Program-made: the position numbers and the translations under genes
Notes under the pieces: model-generated
What the model saw: the letters and a program-made list of their open reading frames with translations, nothing else
The model's database searches: none
Told to the model about the DNA's origin: nothing
NCBI GenBank assembly: GCA_002344355.1
Contig: DDTN01000045.1
Location: 31,530 to 95,529 of the forward strand
Length of the DNA: 64,000 nt
From: Proteobacteria bacterium UBA2363
Lineage (GTDB): Bacteria; Pseudomonadota; Gammaproteobacteria; Xanthomonadales; UBA2363
Direction: 5' to 3'
Shown: one piece after another, positions 17,689 through 26,593 of the stretch
Layout: each line of letters begins with the position of its first letter
Numbering within the stretch: position 1 is the first letter of the stretch

Positions 17689-17694
17689 AGTATA
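17689..17694 (-). promoter_or_regulatory. -10-like TATACT for the lptM-dapF operon
   Basis: The reverse strand reads ggttcccTATACTgccgcc...GGAaccccATG. The hexamer is about 31 nt upstream of the lptM start, in an AT-enriched patch. Confidence 0.3.
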
Positions 17695-17983
17695 GGGAAC
17701 CGGGCCGGCCGCCGCGTCGGCGCCGGGCGCGCGGCAACGCCGGCGGTCGCGATCCCGGGGCGGAGGATGGCGGGGCGGCGCCGACGGATCGCCCGGACCT
17801 TTCCTGGTCCGAGTGTCTCCCGGGTCCGCGGTCGCGTCGGCCGATCCACGCGTCGTGCCAAGGTCCGCTCCGGTTGGCCGGTCCGGCGCAGTGCCGGATG
17901 CGCCCCGACCGCCCAACGGTCCGCTGGCCGCACCAGGGCGCGGCCTGGCGGCGTCGCTGCGCGCCGTGGGGCGGCATCCGGGC

Positions 17984-17989
17984 TAGACT
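17984..17989 (+). promoter_or_regulatory. -10-like TAGACT 6 nt upstream of ATG (possible leaderless mRNA)
   Basis: ggcTAGACTccgggcATGgacATG. There is no room for a Shine-Dalgarno sequence before the ATG at 17996. Confidence 0.25.
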
Positions 17990-17995
17990 CCGGGC

Positions 17996-18649
17996 ATGGA
18001 CATGCTCGCGCTGCCGACCTCGCCGTTCGCGCTGCTGGTCGCCGTCGGCGTGGCCCTGGCGCTGGCCGGCCTGGCCGCCCTGGCCGGGCTGGTGCGCGCG
18101 CTGCGTGCGCGCCGCCCCGGCCGCGTGCTGTCGCGGCTGCTGTTGCTGCTGGTCCTGGATGGACTGGCCCTGCTGGCCCTGGTGCTGGCGCTGGCCCTGC
18201 ATGGCTACGGGCGGCTGACCGGCGAGACGCCGGTCGCCGAGCTGGCCTTCAGCCGGCTCGGCGATGGCCTGTACGAGGTCGAACTGAAGCAGCCCGATGG
18301 CGCCAGTGCGCGCTACCGGCTTGCCGGCGACGACTGGCAGCTCGACGCCCGGGTCGTCAAGTGGCGGCCCTGGGCGGTCCTGGCCGGCCTCGACCCGGTC
18401 TACCGGCTGGACCGCCTCAGCGGTCGCTGGCACGACCTGGAGCGGGAGCGGGCGGCGGACCGCAGCGTCCACGACCTGGCCGGGGCCGGCGGCCTGGACC
18501 TGTGGTCGCTGGCCAGCCGGCATCCGCGCTGGCTGCCCTTCGTCGACACCGAGTACGGCAGCGGTGCCTACCTGCCGATGCGCGACGGCGCCCGCTACCA
18601 GGTCAGCCTGAGTCCGCTGGGCGGGCTGGTGGCACGCCCGCTGCCCTGA
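17996..18649 (+). CDS. Membrane protein of unknown function
   Basis: 217 aa. Two N-terminal hydrophobic helices, then a soluble domain (YRLAGDDWQLDARVVKWRPW...). GC3-rich codon usage. I recognise no family. Confidence 0.65.
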   Translation: MDMLALPTSPFALLVAVGVALALAGLAALAGLVRALRARRPGRVLSRLLLLLVLDGLALLALVLALALHGYGRLTGETPVAELAFSRLGDGLYEVELKQPDGASARYRLAGDDWQLDARVVKWRPWAVLAGLDPVYRLDRLSGRWHDLERERAADRSVHDLAGAGGLDLWSLASRHPRWLPFVDTEYGSGAYLPMRDGARYQVSLSPLGGLVARPLP

Positions 18650-18712
18650 CCGGCCGGTCCCGCCGAACGCGGGCGTGGCCCCCGCGGCGCGCCCCGATCA
18701 CGGCGCCGGCGT

Positions 18713-19066
18713 TCAGCCTGCCTGTCGCTGCCGTCCGGCCACGGGCCGCAGCGCCGCCCGTGGCCGGCCGGGCCGGGCTGCGGTCGTCGCCGCCGCACCC
18801 GCCGTCCGGCGCCGCGGCGCCGGCGGTCGCCGTCCACGTCCGTGCAGGCGATCGGCGCCGGTGCCGGCGGCTGCCGGCACCAGCAGCCAGGCCAGTGCGA
18901 GGGCGGCGAGCGGCAGCAGCCACAGCCACAGGGCGACCGGGCCGAGGGCGGTGTCCAGGCCGTGCAGCGGCGGCAGGCAGGCCTGCACGGTGGCGCCCAG
19001 CGCGGCCCAGGCGGCCAGCAGGCGCTGCCCGGCGCCGGACAGGTGGCGTAAGGGATCGAGGGTCAT
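18713..19066 (-). CDS. Small membrane protein (hypothetical)
   Basis: Strong SD (ccAAGGAGgctgccATG). One TM helix, PVALWLWLLPLAALALAWLLV. The last ~45 codons are R/P/A-rich with atypical codons, so the true extent is uncertain. Confidence 0.35.
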   Translation of the reverse strand: MTLDPLRHLSGAGQRLLAAWAALGATVQACLPPLHGLDTALGPVALWLWLLPLAALALAWLLVPAAAGTGADRLHGRGRRPPAPRRRTAGAAATTAARPGRPRAALRPVAGRQRQAG

Positions 19067-19239
19067 GGCAGCCTCCTTGGACGATGCCGGACACTGTCGC
19101 GGCAGCGTGTCGCAGGCATTGCGACCCGGTGGCGCGCGCGCAGATCGCCGGTCGCAGGGGGGGGCGCCGAATCCGGGTCGGGGGCGCGGACTGCCGGCCA
19201 GGCCCTGGCGCGGGCGCCGGCAAGCCCCCAGCACCCGCC

Positions 19240-20136
19240 TCAGGCCAGCAGGCGCGACCACAGCAGCACGGTGGCCAGGCCCGCCACCAGGCCATAGCCG
19301 ACCATGGCCGCGGCCAGCTCCGGTTCCAGCCGGGCGGCCATCGCCAGCGCGGCAGCGGTGAACATCGGCGGCATCGCCGCCTCCAGAACGCCGACCGCCA
19401 GCACCTCCGGCGTCACCGGCAGGACCCGCAGCAGCGCCCAGGCCAGCACCGGCATCAGCGCCAGCTTCAGGCCCAGGCCGGCCAGCAGCGGCGTCCAGCG
19501 GCCCGGCGGCAGGCGCAGCCGCAGCTTCAGGCCCAGCGCGAAGGCGACCAGCGGCAGCAGCGGCGCCGCCAGGTGCTCGGCCACCGCCTGCGCCGCCGGT
19601 GGCAGCGGTGAACCCAGCGCCAGGGCCAGCAGCAGGGCCAGGAACGGCGGGAAACCGGCGATCCGCCGGGCGATCGCCGCAGCCCCCGGACGTTCCTGAC
19701 CGCCATAGGCGGCCAGCACGAACAGGCCCCAGGTGCTGACCAGCAGGAAGGTGCCGAACTGGTCGTAGACCGCGGCCAGGCCGACCTGCTCGGCGCCGAG
19801 CAGGGCGGTGACCAGCGGGAAGCCCAGGAAGGACGTGTTGCCGAGGGTCGCCATCAGCAGCAGGCAGCCGACCACGCCCCGCGGCCAGGCCAGCGCCCGG
19901 CCCAGCAGCACCACGCAGGCGGCGATCGCCAGCGCCACCGCCCAGGGCACCAGCACCAGGGCCAGCAGCTCGCTGCGCAGCTCCAGCCCGGGCACCCGTG
20001 CCAGCACCAGGGCCGGCAGGCAGATCCACAGCACGAACAGGTTCAGCGCCTCGGCGCCGCCCTCCGGGAACACGCCGCGGCGCCGGCAGCCCCAGCCGGC
20101 GACGAGCGCCAGCAGCATGGCGACGATCGCTGCCAT
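19240..20136 (-). CDS. AEC (auxin efflux carrier) family transporter
   Basis: 298 aa and polytopic, with segments resembling AEC-family transporters (LNLFVLWICLPALV, ATLGNTSFLGFPL). The start is 16 nt downstream of the WYL gene stop. Confidence 0.85.
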   Translation of the reverse strand: MAAIVAMLLALVAGWGCRRRGVFPEGGAEALNLFVLWICLPALVLARVPGLELRSELLALVLVPWAVALAIAACVVLLGRALAWPRGVVGCLLLMATLGNTSFLGFPLVTALLGAEQVGLAAVYDQFGTFLLVSTWGLFVLAAYGGQERPGAAAIARRIAGFPPFLALLLALALGSPLPPAAQAVAEHLAAPLLPLVAFALGLKLRLRLPPGRWTPLLAGLGLKLALMPVLAWALLRVLPVTPEVLAVGVLEAAMPPMFTAAALAMAARLEPELAAAMVGYGLVAGLATVLLWSRLLA

Positions 20137-20152
20137 GGCCGCGGCCGTTCCC

Positions 20153-21223
20153 TCAGTCGCCGGCGGCGTCGGGCGGCTCCAGCTCGAAGCCGCTGCGGTA
20201 GCTGGCCAGGGCCAGGGTCAGCATGCTCCGCGCCTCCTCGCGCAGCGGCAGCGGCTCGACGATCTCGGCGTCGGCGCCGTGGCGCAGCACGTCGCCGAGC
20301 AGCTCGCGCGGGTTGCTGTAGGGCACGCGCAGCTCGTAGCGGCCGTCCGGCAGCCACTGGCCCTGCTGGCGCGAATGCCAGCGTTCGTCGGCGACCCAGC
20401 GCGCCGCGCGCGCCGAGAAGCGGATCACCGCGGTCGCCCGGGCCGGGCCCGAGAAGATGCCGTAGCCGCCGACCAGGTGGCTGTCGAGCTGCTCGGCGGG
20501 AACCAGCAGGGCCGGTTCGCGCAACGGCTCGGGGTTGCCGATGCGGTCGACCGCGAAGCTGCGCAGCGCCTCGCGGCCATGGTCGTGGGCGTCCAGGTAC
20601 CAGTTGTCGCGGTAGTGCACCAGGCGTTGCGGCGACACGGTCCGCTGGCCGCCGCGGCCGGTGCTGCGGGCGTTGTAGTCGAAGCGCAGCCGATGCTGCG
20701 ACAGGGTGGCGCTGGCGACCGTGCGGAACACCGCCTCGTCCAGGCGCCGGGCCGCCGCAGCCACCACCCGGACCCTGCCCTCCGGCCAGCCCGGTCGTCC
20801 CGACTCGGCGGCCAGCAGCTTCTCGATGCGACCGCGCAGCGGCGCCAGCGCCTCGTTCAGCGGCCCCGCGCCGGTGCTGCGCGAAGCCATCTCGTAGAGC
20901 GCGACCAGGGCATGCAGCTCGTCGCTCGACAGCCACAGGCCCGGCAGCTCGAAGCTGTCGCCGTCGCGCTCGACGTAGCGCGCCGAACTCGGCTCGCCGC
21001 CCAGCACGATCGGCGCGCCCAGGGCGTCGCGCAGGAACGCGAGGTCGCGGTAAAGGGTGGCGCGTGCGCAGCCCAGCTCGTCCTGGAGCTGGCGCAGCGG
21101 GATCGGCCGGCGCGCCGCCTTCAGCTTGCGGTGCAGGGCGTTGACCCGTTCCTGCCGGCTGATCTCGGGACGTTGCTTGCGGCTGCGGGGTCGCGGCGCG
21201 GGCTCGGTGCGGTCGCTGGCCAT
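20153..21223 (-). CDS. HTH-WYL-domain transcriptional regulator
   Basis: N-terminal HTH LRQLQDELGCARATLYRDLAFLRD. Central WYL-type segment VSPQRLVHYRDNWYLDAHDH. A C-terminal WCX-like domain. Confidence 0.85.
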   Translation of the reverse strand: MASDRTEPAPRPRSRKQRPEISRQERVNALHRKLKAARRPIPLRQLQDELGCARATLYRDLAFLRDALGAPIVLGGEPSSARYVERDGDSFELPGLWLSSDELHALVALYEMASRSTGAGPLNEALAPLRGRIEKLLAAESGRPGWPEGRVRVVAAAARRLDEAVFRTVASATLSQHRLRFDYNARSTGRGGQRTVSPQRLVHYRDNWYLDAHDHGREALRSFAVDRIGNPEPLREPALLVPAEQLDSHLVGGYGIFSGPARATAVIRFSARAARWVADERWHSRQQGQWLPDGRYELRVPYSNPRELLGDVLRHGADAEIVEPLPLREEARSMLTLALASYRSGFELEPPDAAGD

Positions 21224-21278
21224 GGCGTTGGAGGGCTCGATCGGATCGGACGCGCCAGCCTAGCGCAGCAGCGAAGCC

Positions 21279-21316
21279 GGGACTCGGGACTCGGGACTCG
21301 GGGCCGGGGCCTGGGG
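21279..21316. repeat. Heptanucleotide microsatellite (GGGACTC)3 + GGGGCCG GGGCCTG GGG
   Basis: Read directly from the sequence. It lies 56 nt upstream of the WYL start. Its reverse complement shares the 21-nt string CGAGTCCCGAGTCCCGGCTTC with 39429-39449. Confidence 0.9.
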
Positions 21317-21545
21317 TTGAGGAGCCAGTGCGCCAGGAACCGAGCCGACGCACGCTGTCTAGGGCTGGTGGGATGAGCCTGTGTCCAGTCAGGCGCTTTG
21401 CGGTGCGCGGGTCGTGGCGCGCCCCGGCCGTCGACAACAGATGCCGGCCAGGAGGACCGGTGGCCGATACGTCAAGCTTCGCGGACCTCCACTGCGCTAC
21501 CGGGGCGGCATGGCGGGTCGCGGCCAACTCTCCGCTTGCCAAATT

Positions 21546-21569
21546 CCGGGTCCCGGGTCCCGGGTCCCG
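21546..21569. repeat. Heptanucleotide microsatellite (GGGTCCC)3
   Basis: Read directly from the sequence. It lies 5 nt beyond the pilU-like stop codon (21575-21577). Confidence 0.9.
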
Positions 21570-21574
21570 TCACC

Positions 21575-22675
21575 TCAGTACATCGCCTCCTGCTCCGCAT
21601 CGTTCAGCGTGCTCGCGCCCTCGCTCAGGCGCATGCGCAGGGCCAGGCCCTCGCGGGAGTCGGCGTGCGCGAGCGCCTCCTCGCGGCTGATCCGGCGTTC
21701 CTGGTAGAGCCGGTACAGGGCCTGGTCGAAGCTCTGCATGCCGTTCTCCAGGCTGCGCTCCATCGCCTCCTTGAGCTCGTTGAGGCGGCCGCCGCGGATG
21801 ATGTCGCGGGTCAGCGGCGTGTTGATCAGCAGTTCCACCGCCGGCACCCGGCGGCTGTCGACGCCCACGCACAGGCGCTGGCTGACGATCGCCTGCAGGT
21901 TCATCGACAGGTTCATCAGCGTGGTGTGCTTGGTGCTCTCGGGGAAGAAGCTGAGGATGCGGTCGAGGGTCTGGTCGGCGTTGTTGGCGTGCAGCGTGGT
22001 CAGGCACAGGTGGCCGGTCTCGGAGAACGAGATCGCCGCCTCCATGGTCTCCTTGTCCAGGATCTCGCCGATCATGATGACGTCGGGCGCCTCGCGCATC
22101 GCGTTGCGCAGGGCGGTGTGGTAGCTGTGGGTGTCGAAGCCGACCTCGCGCTGGTTGATCAGCGAGCGCTTGTGCCGGTGCAGGAACTCGACCGGGTCCT
22201 CGATGGTGAGGATGTGGCCGCTGGCCTGCTCGTTGCGGTGGTCGATCATCGCCGCCAGGGTGGTCGACTTGCCCGAGCCGGTGGCGCCGGCGACCACGAT
22301 CAGGCCGCGCGGCCGCATAACCAGTTCCTTGAGGATCGGCGGCAGGCCGAGGTTCTCGATGCGCGGCAGCTCGGTCTTGACGTTGCGGATGACGATCGCG
22401 ACCTCGTTGCGCTGCCGGAAGATGTTGACGCGGAAGCGGCCGATCTGCGGCCGGCTCACCGCCAGGTTCATCTCCCAGGCGCGCTCGAACTCGGCGGCCT
22501 GCATGTCGTCCATCAGGGCGTTGGCGAACGCCTCCACGGCGGTGCTGGCCAGCGCGGTCGAACCGACCGCGCGCATGCGGCCCTCGACCTTCAGGTAGGG
22601 CGGCGCGCCGACGCTCAGGAACAGGTCCGAGCCGCCCTTGTCCACCATCAGGCGCAGATACGGATCGACATCCAT
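21575..22675 (-). CDS. pilU: PilT/PilU-family type IV pilus retraction-type ATPase (PilU-like)
   Basis: MDVDPYLRLMVDKGGSDLFLSVGAPPYLKVEG. Walker A GATGSGKSTTLAAMIDHRN. Asp/His boxes and the AIRNAMREAPDVI-type region. Start is cat at 22673-22675. Confidence 0.88.
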   Translation of the reverse strand: MDVDPYLRLMVDKGGSDLFLSVGAPPYLKVEGRMRAVGSTALASTAVEAFANALMDDMQAAEFERAWEMNLAVSRPQIGRFRVNIFRQRNEVAIVIRNVKTELPRIENLGLPPILKELVMRPRGLIVVAGATGSGKSTTLAAMIDHRNEQASGHILTIEDPVEFLHRHKRSLINQREVGFDTHSYHTALRNAMREAPDVIMIGEILDKETMEAAISFSETGHLCLTTLHANNADQTLDRILSFFPESTKHTTLMNLSMNLQAIVSQRLCVGVDSRRVPAVELLINTPLTRDIIRGGRLNELKEAMERSLENGMQSFDQALYRLYQERRISREEALAHADSREGLALRMRLSEGASTLNDAEQEAMY

Positions 22676-22787
22676 GGCCCAGCTTCCCCCGGCTCGCGGC
22701 CACCGGGCCGCCTGCGCTGGATCATAACGGAATCCGCCAAGGCGCCGATCGGCCACCGGGGCGGCTTCGCAAGTCATTGAAAATACG

Positions 22788-22804
22788 GTTAAACCGCGTT
22801 TAAC
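22788..22804. promoter_or_regulatory. AT-rich 17-bp palindrome (candidate operator)
   Basis: GTTAAAC-cgc-GTTTAAC, with 7-bp perfect arms. It lies inside an unusually AT-rich patch (cattgaaaatacggttaaaccgcgtttaacg), 113 nt upstream of the pilU-like start. Confidence 0.35.
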
Positions 22805-23137
22805 GTGGGCTTGTGCCGGCGGCCCCGGAGGAGTAGCGTAGGGATCGCGCGGCCCTGCGTCCGCGCGGACCGCCATGACCCAGATCCTCGATCACTGCCA
22901 GCCTCGTCGCCGTGGCGCCTGCCGCGGCCACGGGGCGGTGGCAGGCAGGCAGGACGATCCGCGATACCGCACCTTCGCCGCGCCCTCCGTGCCGGCAAGG
23001 CTGGCCACCGGCCAGCCGCCCCGCCAGCGCATCGCGCCCCCCGGGCGCGCATCGGGAATCCCCGCCACCGGCCCCGGGCCGGGCCTCGCCGCGCGCGGGG
23101 CCCGGAGGGTGGCCGTCCCACCACGAGGAGAACGTTG

Positions 23138-23365
23138 ATGTTCGAGAACCAGAAGGACCAGGTCGAGACGCTGATGAGCGCCAATCCGGAGTTCCGCAGC
23201 CTCTACCAGCGCCACCAGGAGCTGGACAAGAAGGTCCAGGACGCCGAGCTGGGCGTGCTGCCGATCGACGACGTGACGCTGGCCCGGATGAAGAAGGAGA
23301 AGCTGTGGGCGAAGGACCGCCTGACCCACATGTTCGAGCACCAGGAACAGGCTGCCGCCCACTGA
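23138..23365 (+). CDS. DUF465 (YdcH-like) small protein
   Basis: 75 aa, MFENQKDQVETLMSANPEFRSLYQRHQELDKKV...LARMKKEKLWAKDRL. GAGGAG precedes the ATG. Confidence 0.8.
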   Translation: MFENQKDQVETLMSANPEFRSLYQRHQELDKKVQDAELGVLPIDDVTLARMKKEKLWAKDRLTHMFEHQEQAAAH

Positions 23366-23594
23366 CCCGGCCGGCGCGGCGGGTGGCTGCGGCGCGCCTG
23401 GCGCGACCGCGGCGAACCCGCCGCCAGGGGGGAAGGCGGGACGCGCCTGAGCCGTCGACCGGGCGGGGTTCGTCCGCTCTGCACGCGCTTCGCGCCTGGC
23501 GGCGCCCGCCGCAGCAAGCCGGAGCGTCCGCCCCGAAACCGCCCGCCACCGGGCCGGCCGGCCGGCCGCGCACCGGGGGGCGTGCCCGACGGGC

Positions 23595-23600
23595 TACAAT
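23595..23600 (+). promoter_or_regulatory. -10-like TACAAT upstream of the cystathionine beta-synthase gene
   Basis: gggCTACAATcgg lies 74 nt upstream of the ATG at 23674. The same CTACAAT core occurs at 48374-48380 and, on the reverse strand, at 53475-53481. Confidence 0.25.
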
Positions 23601-23673
23601 CGGCGCTCCCTTCACGGCCCGGGCGCCCGTTCGCGCGGACTGCCCCGGTCGCCAACGGACCGCCACCCAGACC

Positions 23674-25041
23674 ATGACCCACGACAGCGTCCTCGAGCTG
23701 ATCGGCAACACGCCGATGGTGCGCGTGCGCCACCTCGACACCGGCCCCTGCGAGCTCTATCTCAAGCTCGAATGCATGAATCCCGGCGGCTCCATCAAGG
23801 ACCGCATCGGCCTGTCGATGATCGAGGCGGCCGAGGCGCGCGGCGAGCTCCGGCCCGGCGCCACCCTGGTCGAGGGCACCGCCGGCAACACCGGCATCGG
23901 CCTGGCCCTGGTCGCCCAGCAGAAGGGCTACCGCCTGCTGCTGGTGGTCCCGGACAAGATGAGCCGCGAGAAGATCTTCAACCTCAAGGCGATGGGCGCC
24001 GAGGTCGTGCTGACCCGCTCCGACGTCGCCAAGGGCCATCCCGACTACTACCAGGACCTCGCCGAGCGGATCGCCCGGGAGACGCCCGGCGCCTACTTCA
24101 TCAACCAGTTCGGCAACCCCGACAACCCGCGCGCCCACGAGGAGCAGACCGGTCCGGAGATCTGGCGGCAGATGGGCGGCGACATGGACGCCATCGTGTT
24201 CGGCTGCGGTTCCTCCGGCACCATGACCGGCCTGTCGCGCTACTTCGCGCGGGTCGCACCGCACGTCGAGCTGGTGCTGGCCGATCCGGTCGGCTCGATC
24301 CTGGCGCAGTACATCAACGAGGGCACCCTCAGCGAGAAATCGGGCAGCTGGCTGGTCGAGGGCATCGGCGAGGACTTCCTGCCGTCCATCTCGGACTTCA
24401 GCCGGGTCCGCAAGGCCTACGCGATCTCCGACCGCGAGAGCCTGCTGACCGGCCGCGAGCTGCTCGAGAAGGAGGGCATCCTGGGCGGCTCGTCGAGCGG
24501 CACCCTGCTCGCCGCCGCGTTGCGCTGGTGCCGCGAACAATCCGAGCCGAAGCGCGTGGTCTGCTTCGTCTGCGACACCGGCAACAAGTACCTGTCGAAG
24601 ATGTACAACGACTACTGGATGCTGGACAACGGCTTCCTCGAGCGGCAGCCGACCGGCGACCTGCGCGACCTGATCATGCGCCCGTACGCGCAGCGCGACA
24701 CCGTGGTGATCGGCCCCGGCGACCTGCTGGTGACCGCCTACCAGCGCATGAAGCTGTACGAGATCTCGCAGCTGCCGGTGATGGACGGCGACACCCTGGT
24801 CGGCATCCTCGACGAGTCCGACGTGCTGATGCACGTGTACGGCAACGAGGACCGCTTCCGCGACGAGGTGCGCACCGCCATGGTCACCAAGCTGGAGAAG
24901 CTGCCGGTGACCGCGCCGGTGGAGTCGCTGATGCCGCTGTTCGACCGCGGCCACGTCGCCATCGTCATGGACGGCGAGCGCTTCTGCGGCCTGATCACCC
25001 GCATCGACCTGCTCAACTACCTGCGCCGGCGCGTGCACTGA
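23674..25041 (+). CDS. Cystathionine beta-synthase (PLP fold type II plus CBS pair)
   Basis: ELIGNTPMVRV...LECMNPGGSIKDRI, GTAGNTGIGLA, GSSSGT. C-terminal tandem CBS domains (ISQLPVMDGDTLVGILDESD...). Confidence 0.92.
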   Translation: MTHDSVLELIGNTPMVRVRHLDTGPCELYLKLECMNPGGSIKDRIGLSMIEAAEARGELRPGATLVEGTAGNTGIGLALVAQQKGYRLLLVVPDKMSREKIFNLKAMGAEVVLTRSDVAKGHPDYYQDLAERIARETPGAYFINQFGNPDNPRAHEEQTGPEIWRQMGGDMDAIVFGCGSSGTMTGLSRYFARVAPHVELVLADPVGSILAQYINEGTLSEKSGSWLVEGIGEDFLPSISDFSRVRKAYAISDRESLLTGRELLEKEGILGGSSSGTLLAAALRWCREQSEPKRVVCFVCDTGNKYLSKMYNDYWMLDNGFLERQPTGDLRDLIMRPYAQRDTVVIGPGDLLVTAYQRMKLYEISQLPVMDGDTLVGILDESDVLMHVYGNEDRFRDEVRTAMVTKLEKLPVTAPVESLMPLFDRGHVAIVMDGERFCGLITRIDLLNYLRRRVH

Positions 25042-25119
25042 CCCGGCCGCGCCGGCGCCGGCGGCGAACGCCCCGCGACGCCGGTCCGACGCCCCCATTC
25101 CAACGATTCCGGACCCGAC

Positions 25120-26283
25120 ATGACCGACACCCGCGACCTGGGCCTTGGCACCCGCGCCATCCACGCCGGCCAGCAGCCCGATCCCAGCACCGGCGCCGTG
25201 ATGACGCCGATCTACGCGACCTCGACCTACGTGCAGGCCAGTCCGGGCGTGCACCAGGGCTTCGAGTACTCGCGCAGCCACAACCCGACCCGGTTCGCCT
25301 GGGAGCGCTGCATCGCGGCGCTGGAAGGCGGCCGCCAGGGCTATGCGTTCGCCTCCGGGCTGGCCGCCACCGCCACCGTGCTGGATGCCCTGGACAGCGG
25401 CAGCCACGTGATCTGCATGGACGACGTCTACGGCGGCACCTACCGGCTGTTCGAGCGCGTGCGCCGGCGCAGCGCCAACCTGGAGTTCAGCTTCGTCGAC
25501 CTCGGCGACGCCGGGGCCCTGGCCGCCGCGGTGCGCCCGAACACGCGCCTGATCTGGGCCGAGACGCCGACCAACCCGATGCTGAAGATCCTCGACATCC
25601 GGGCCCTGGCCGACTTCGCGCGCGCCCGCGGCATCCGCCTGGCGGTCGACAACACCTTCGCGACGCCGGTGCTGCAGCGGCCGCTGGAGCAGGGCGCGCA
25701 CCTGGTCATGCACTCGGCGACCAAGTACCTCAACGGCCACAGCGACATGGTCGGCGGCGTGCTGGTGGTCGGCGACGACGCCGAGCTGGCCGAACAGCTC
25801 ACCTTCCTGCAGAACGCCGTCGGCGGCGTGCAGGGCCCGTTCGACAGCTTCCTGGCCCTGCGCGGCGTCAAGACCCTGCACCTGCGCATGCGCGCCCACT
25901 GCGAGAACGCCCTGGCCCTGGCGCAGTGGCTGGAAAAGCATCCGGCGGTCGACAAGGTCATCTACCCGGGCCTGTCCAGCCACCCTCAGCACGAGCTGGC
26001 CCGGCGCACCCTGGACGGCTTCGGCGGCATGATCAGCCTGTACGTGCGCGGCGGCGCCGCCGCCGCGACCCGCTTCCTGGAGCGCTGCCGGCTGTTCGCC
26101 CTGGCCGAGTCGCTCGGCGGCGTCGAGAGCCTGGTCAACCACCCGGCGATCATGACCCACGCCAGCGTCCCGCCCGAGCGCCGGGCCGCGCTCGGCATCG
26201 CCGACAACCTGGTGCGGCTGTCGGTGGGCATCGAGGACCTCGAAGACCTCAGGGCCGAACTCGACGACGCGTTGGGCGACTGA
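25120..26283 (+). CDS. Cystathionine gamma-lyase/synthase family PLP enzyme
   Basis: TRAIHAGQQPDPSTGAVMTPIY, the lysine context HSATKYLNGHSD, and ESLGGVESL. Adjacent to the CBS gene, giving a reverse transsulfuration pair. Confidence 0.92.
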   Translation: MTDTRDLGLGTRAIHAGQQPDPSTGAVMTPIYATSTYVQASPGVHQGFEYSRSHNPTRFAWERCIAALEGGRQGYAFASGLAATATVLDALDSGSHVICMDDVYGGTYRLFERVRRRSANLEFSFVDLGDAGALAAAVRPNTRLIWAETPTNPMLKILDIRALADFARARGIRLAVDNTFATPVLQRPLEQGAHLVMHSATKYLNGHSDMVGGVLVVGDDAELAEQLTFLQNAVGGVQGPFDSFLALRGVKTLHLRMRAHCENALALAQWLEKHPAVDKVIYPGLSSHPQHELARRTLDGFGGMISLYVRGGAAAATRFLERCRLFALAESLGGVESLVNHPAIMTHASVPPERRAALGIADNLVRLSVGIEDLEDLRAELDDALGD

Positions 26284-26593
26284 TCCGGGCCGCCGCGCGC
26301 CGCGCGGCACGCTCGCGCACGGCAACCCGGCGGATCCGGCGGGCTGTCGCCAGGCATGGACCGGCCGATCCGGCGCCGGGCGTGCGCGCCCGGTCCGCCT
26401 GCGGCGCTGCCCGGCCACCGTGCGCCGGCGATCGCCCGACAGCCTGGCCGGTGCCGATTGGCGGTTTCCCCATGTAACATGCTGCGGCTCATGCGCCGGA
26501 TGGCGGGTGACGCGGCGGAATGCGGAGCTCCTCGGGCATCCGGCCGGCGCGACCGACCTCGGCCGCACCCACTCCCACGAACCGCCCGCGTCC

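Noticed and set aside
18675-19361. 228-aa + strand ORF in the gap downstream of the membrane-protein gene
   Set aside because: It is Arg/Pro/Ala low-complexity sequence. It is antisense to the SD-preceded small ORF and to the 3' end of the AEC transporter gene.
21317-21545. tRNA, tmRNA, 6S or other known structured RNA between the two heptamer arrays
   Set aside because: I found no T-loop (GGTTCGAAT-type) or other diagnostic motif and no convincing cloverleaf by inspection. An unknown sRNA is not excluded but cannot be supported.
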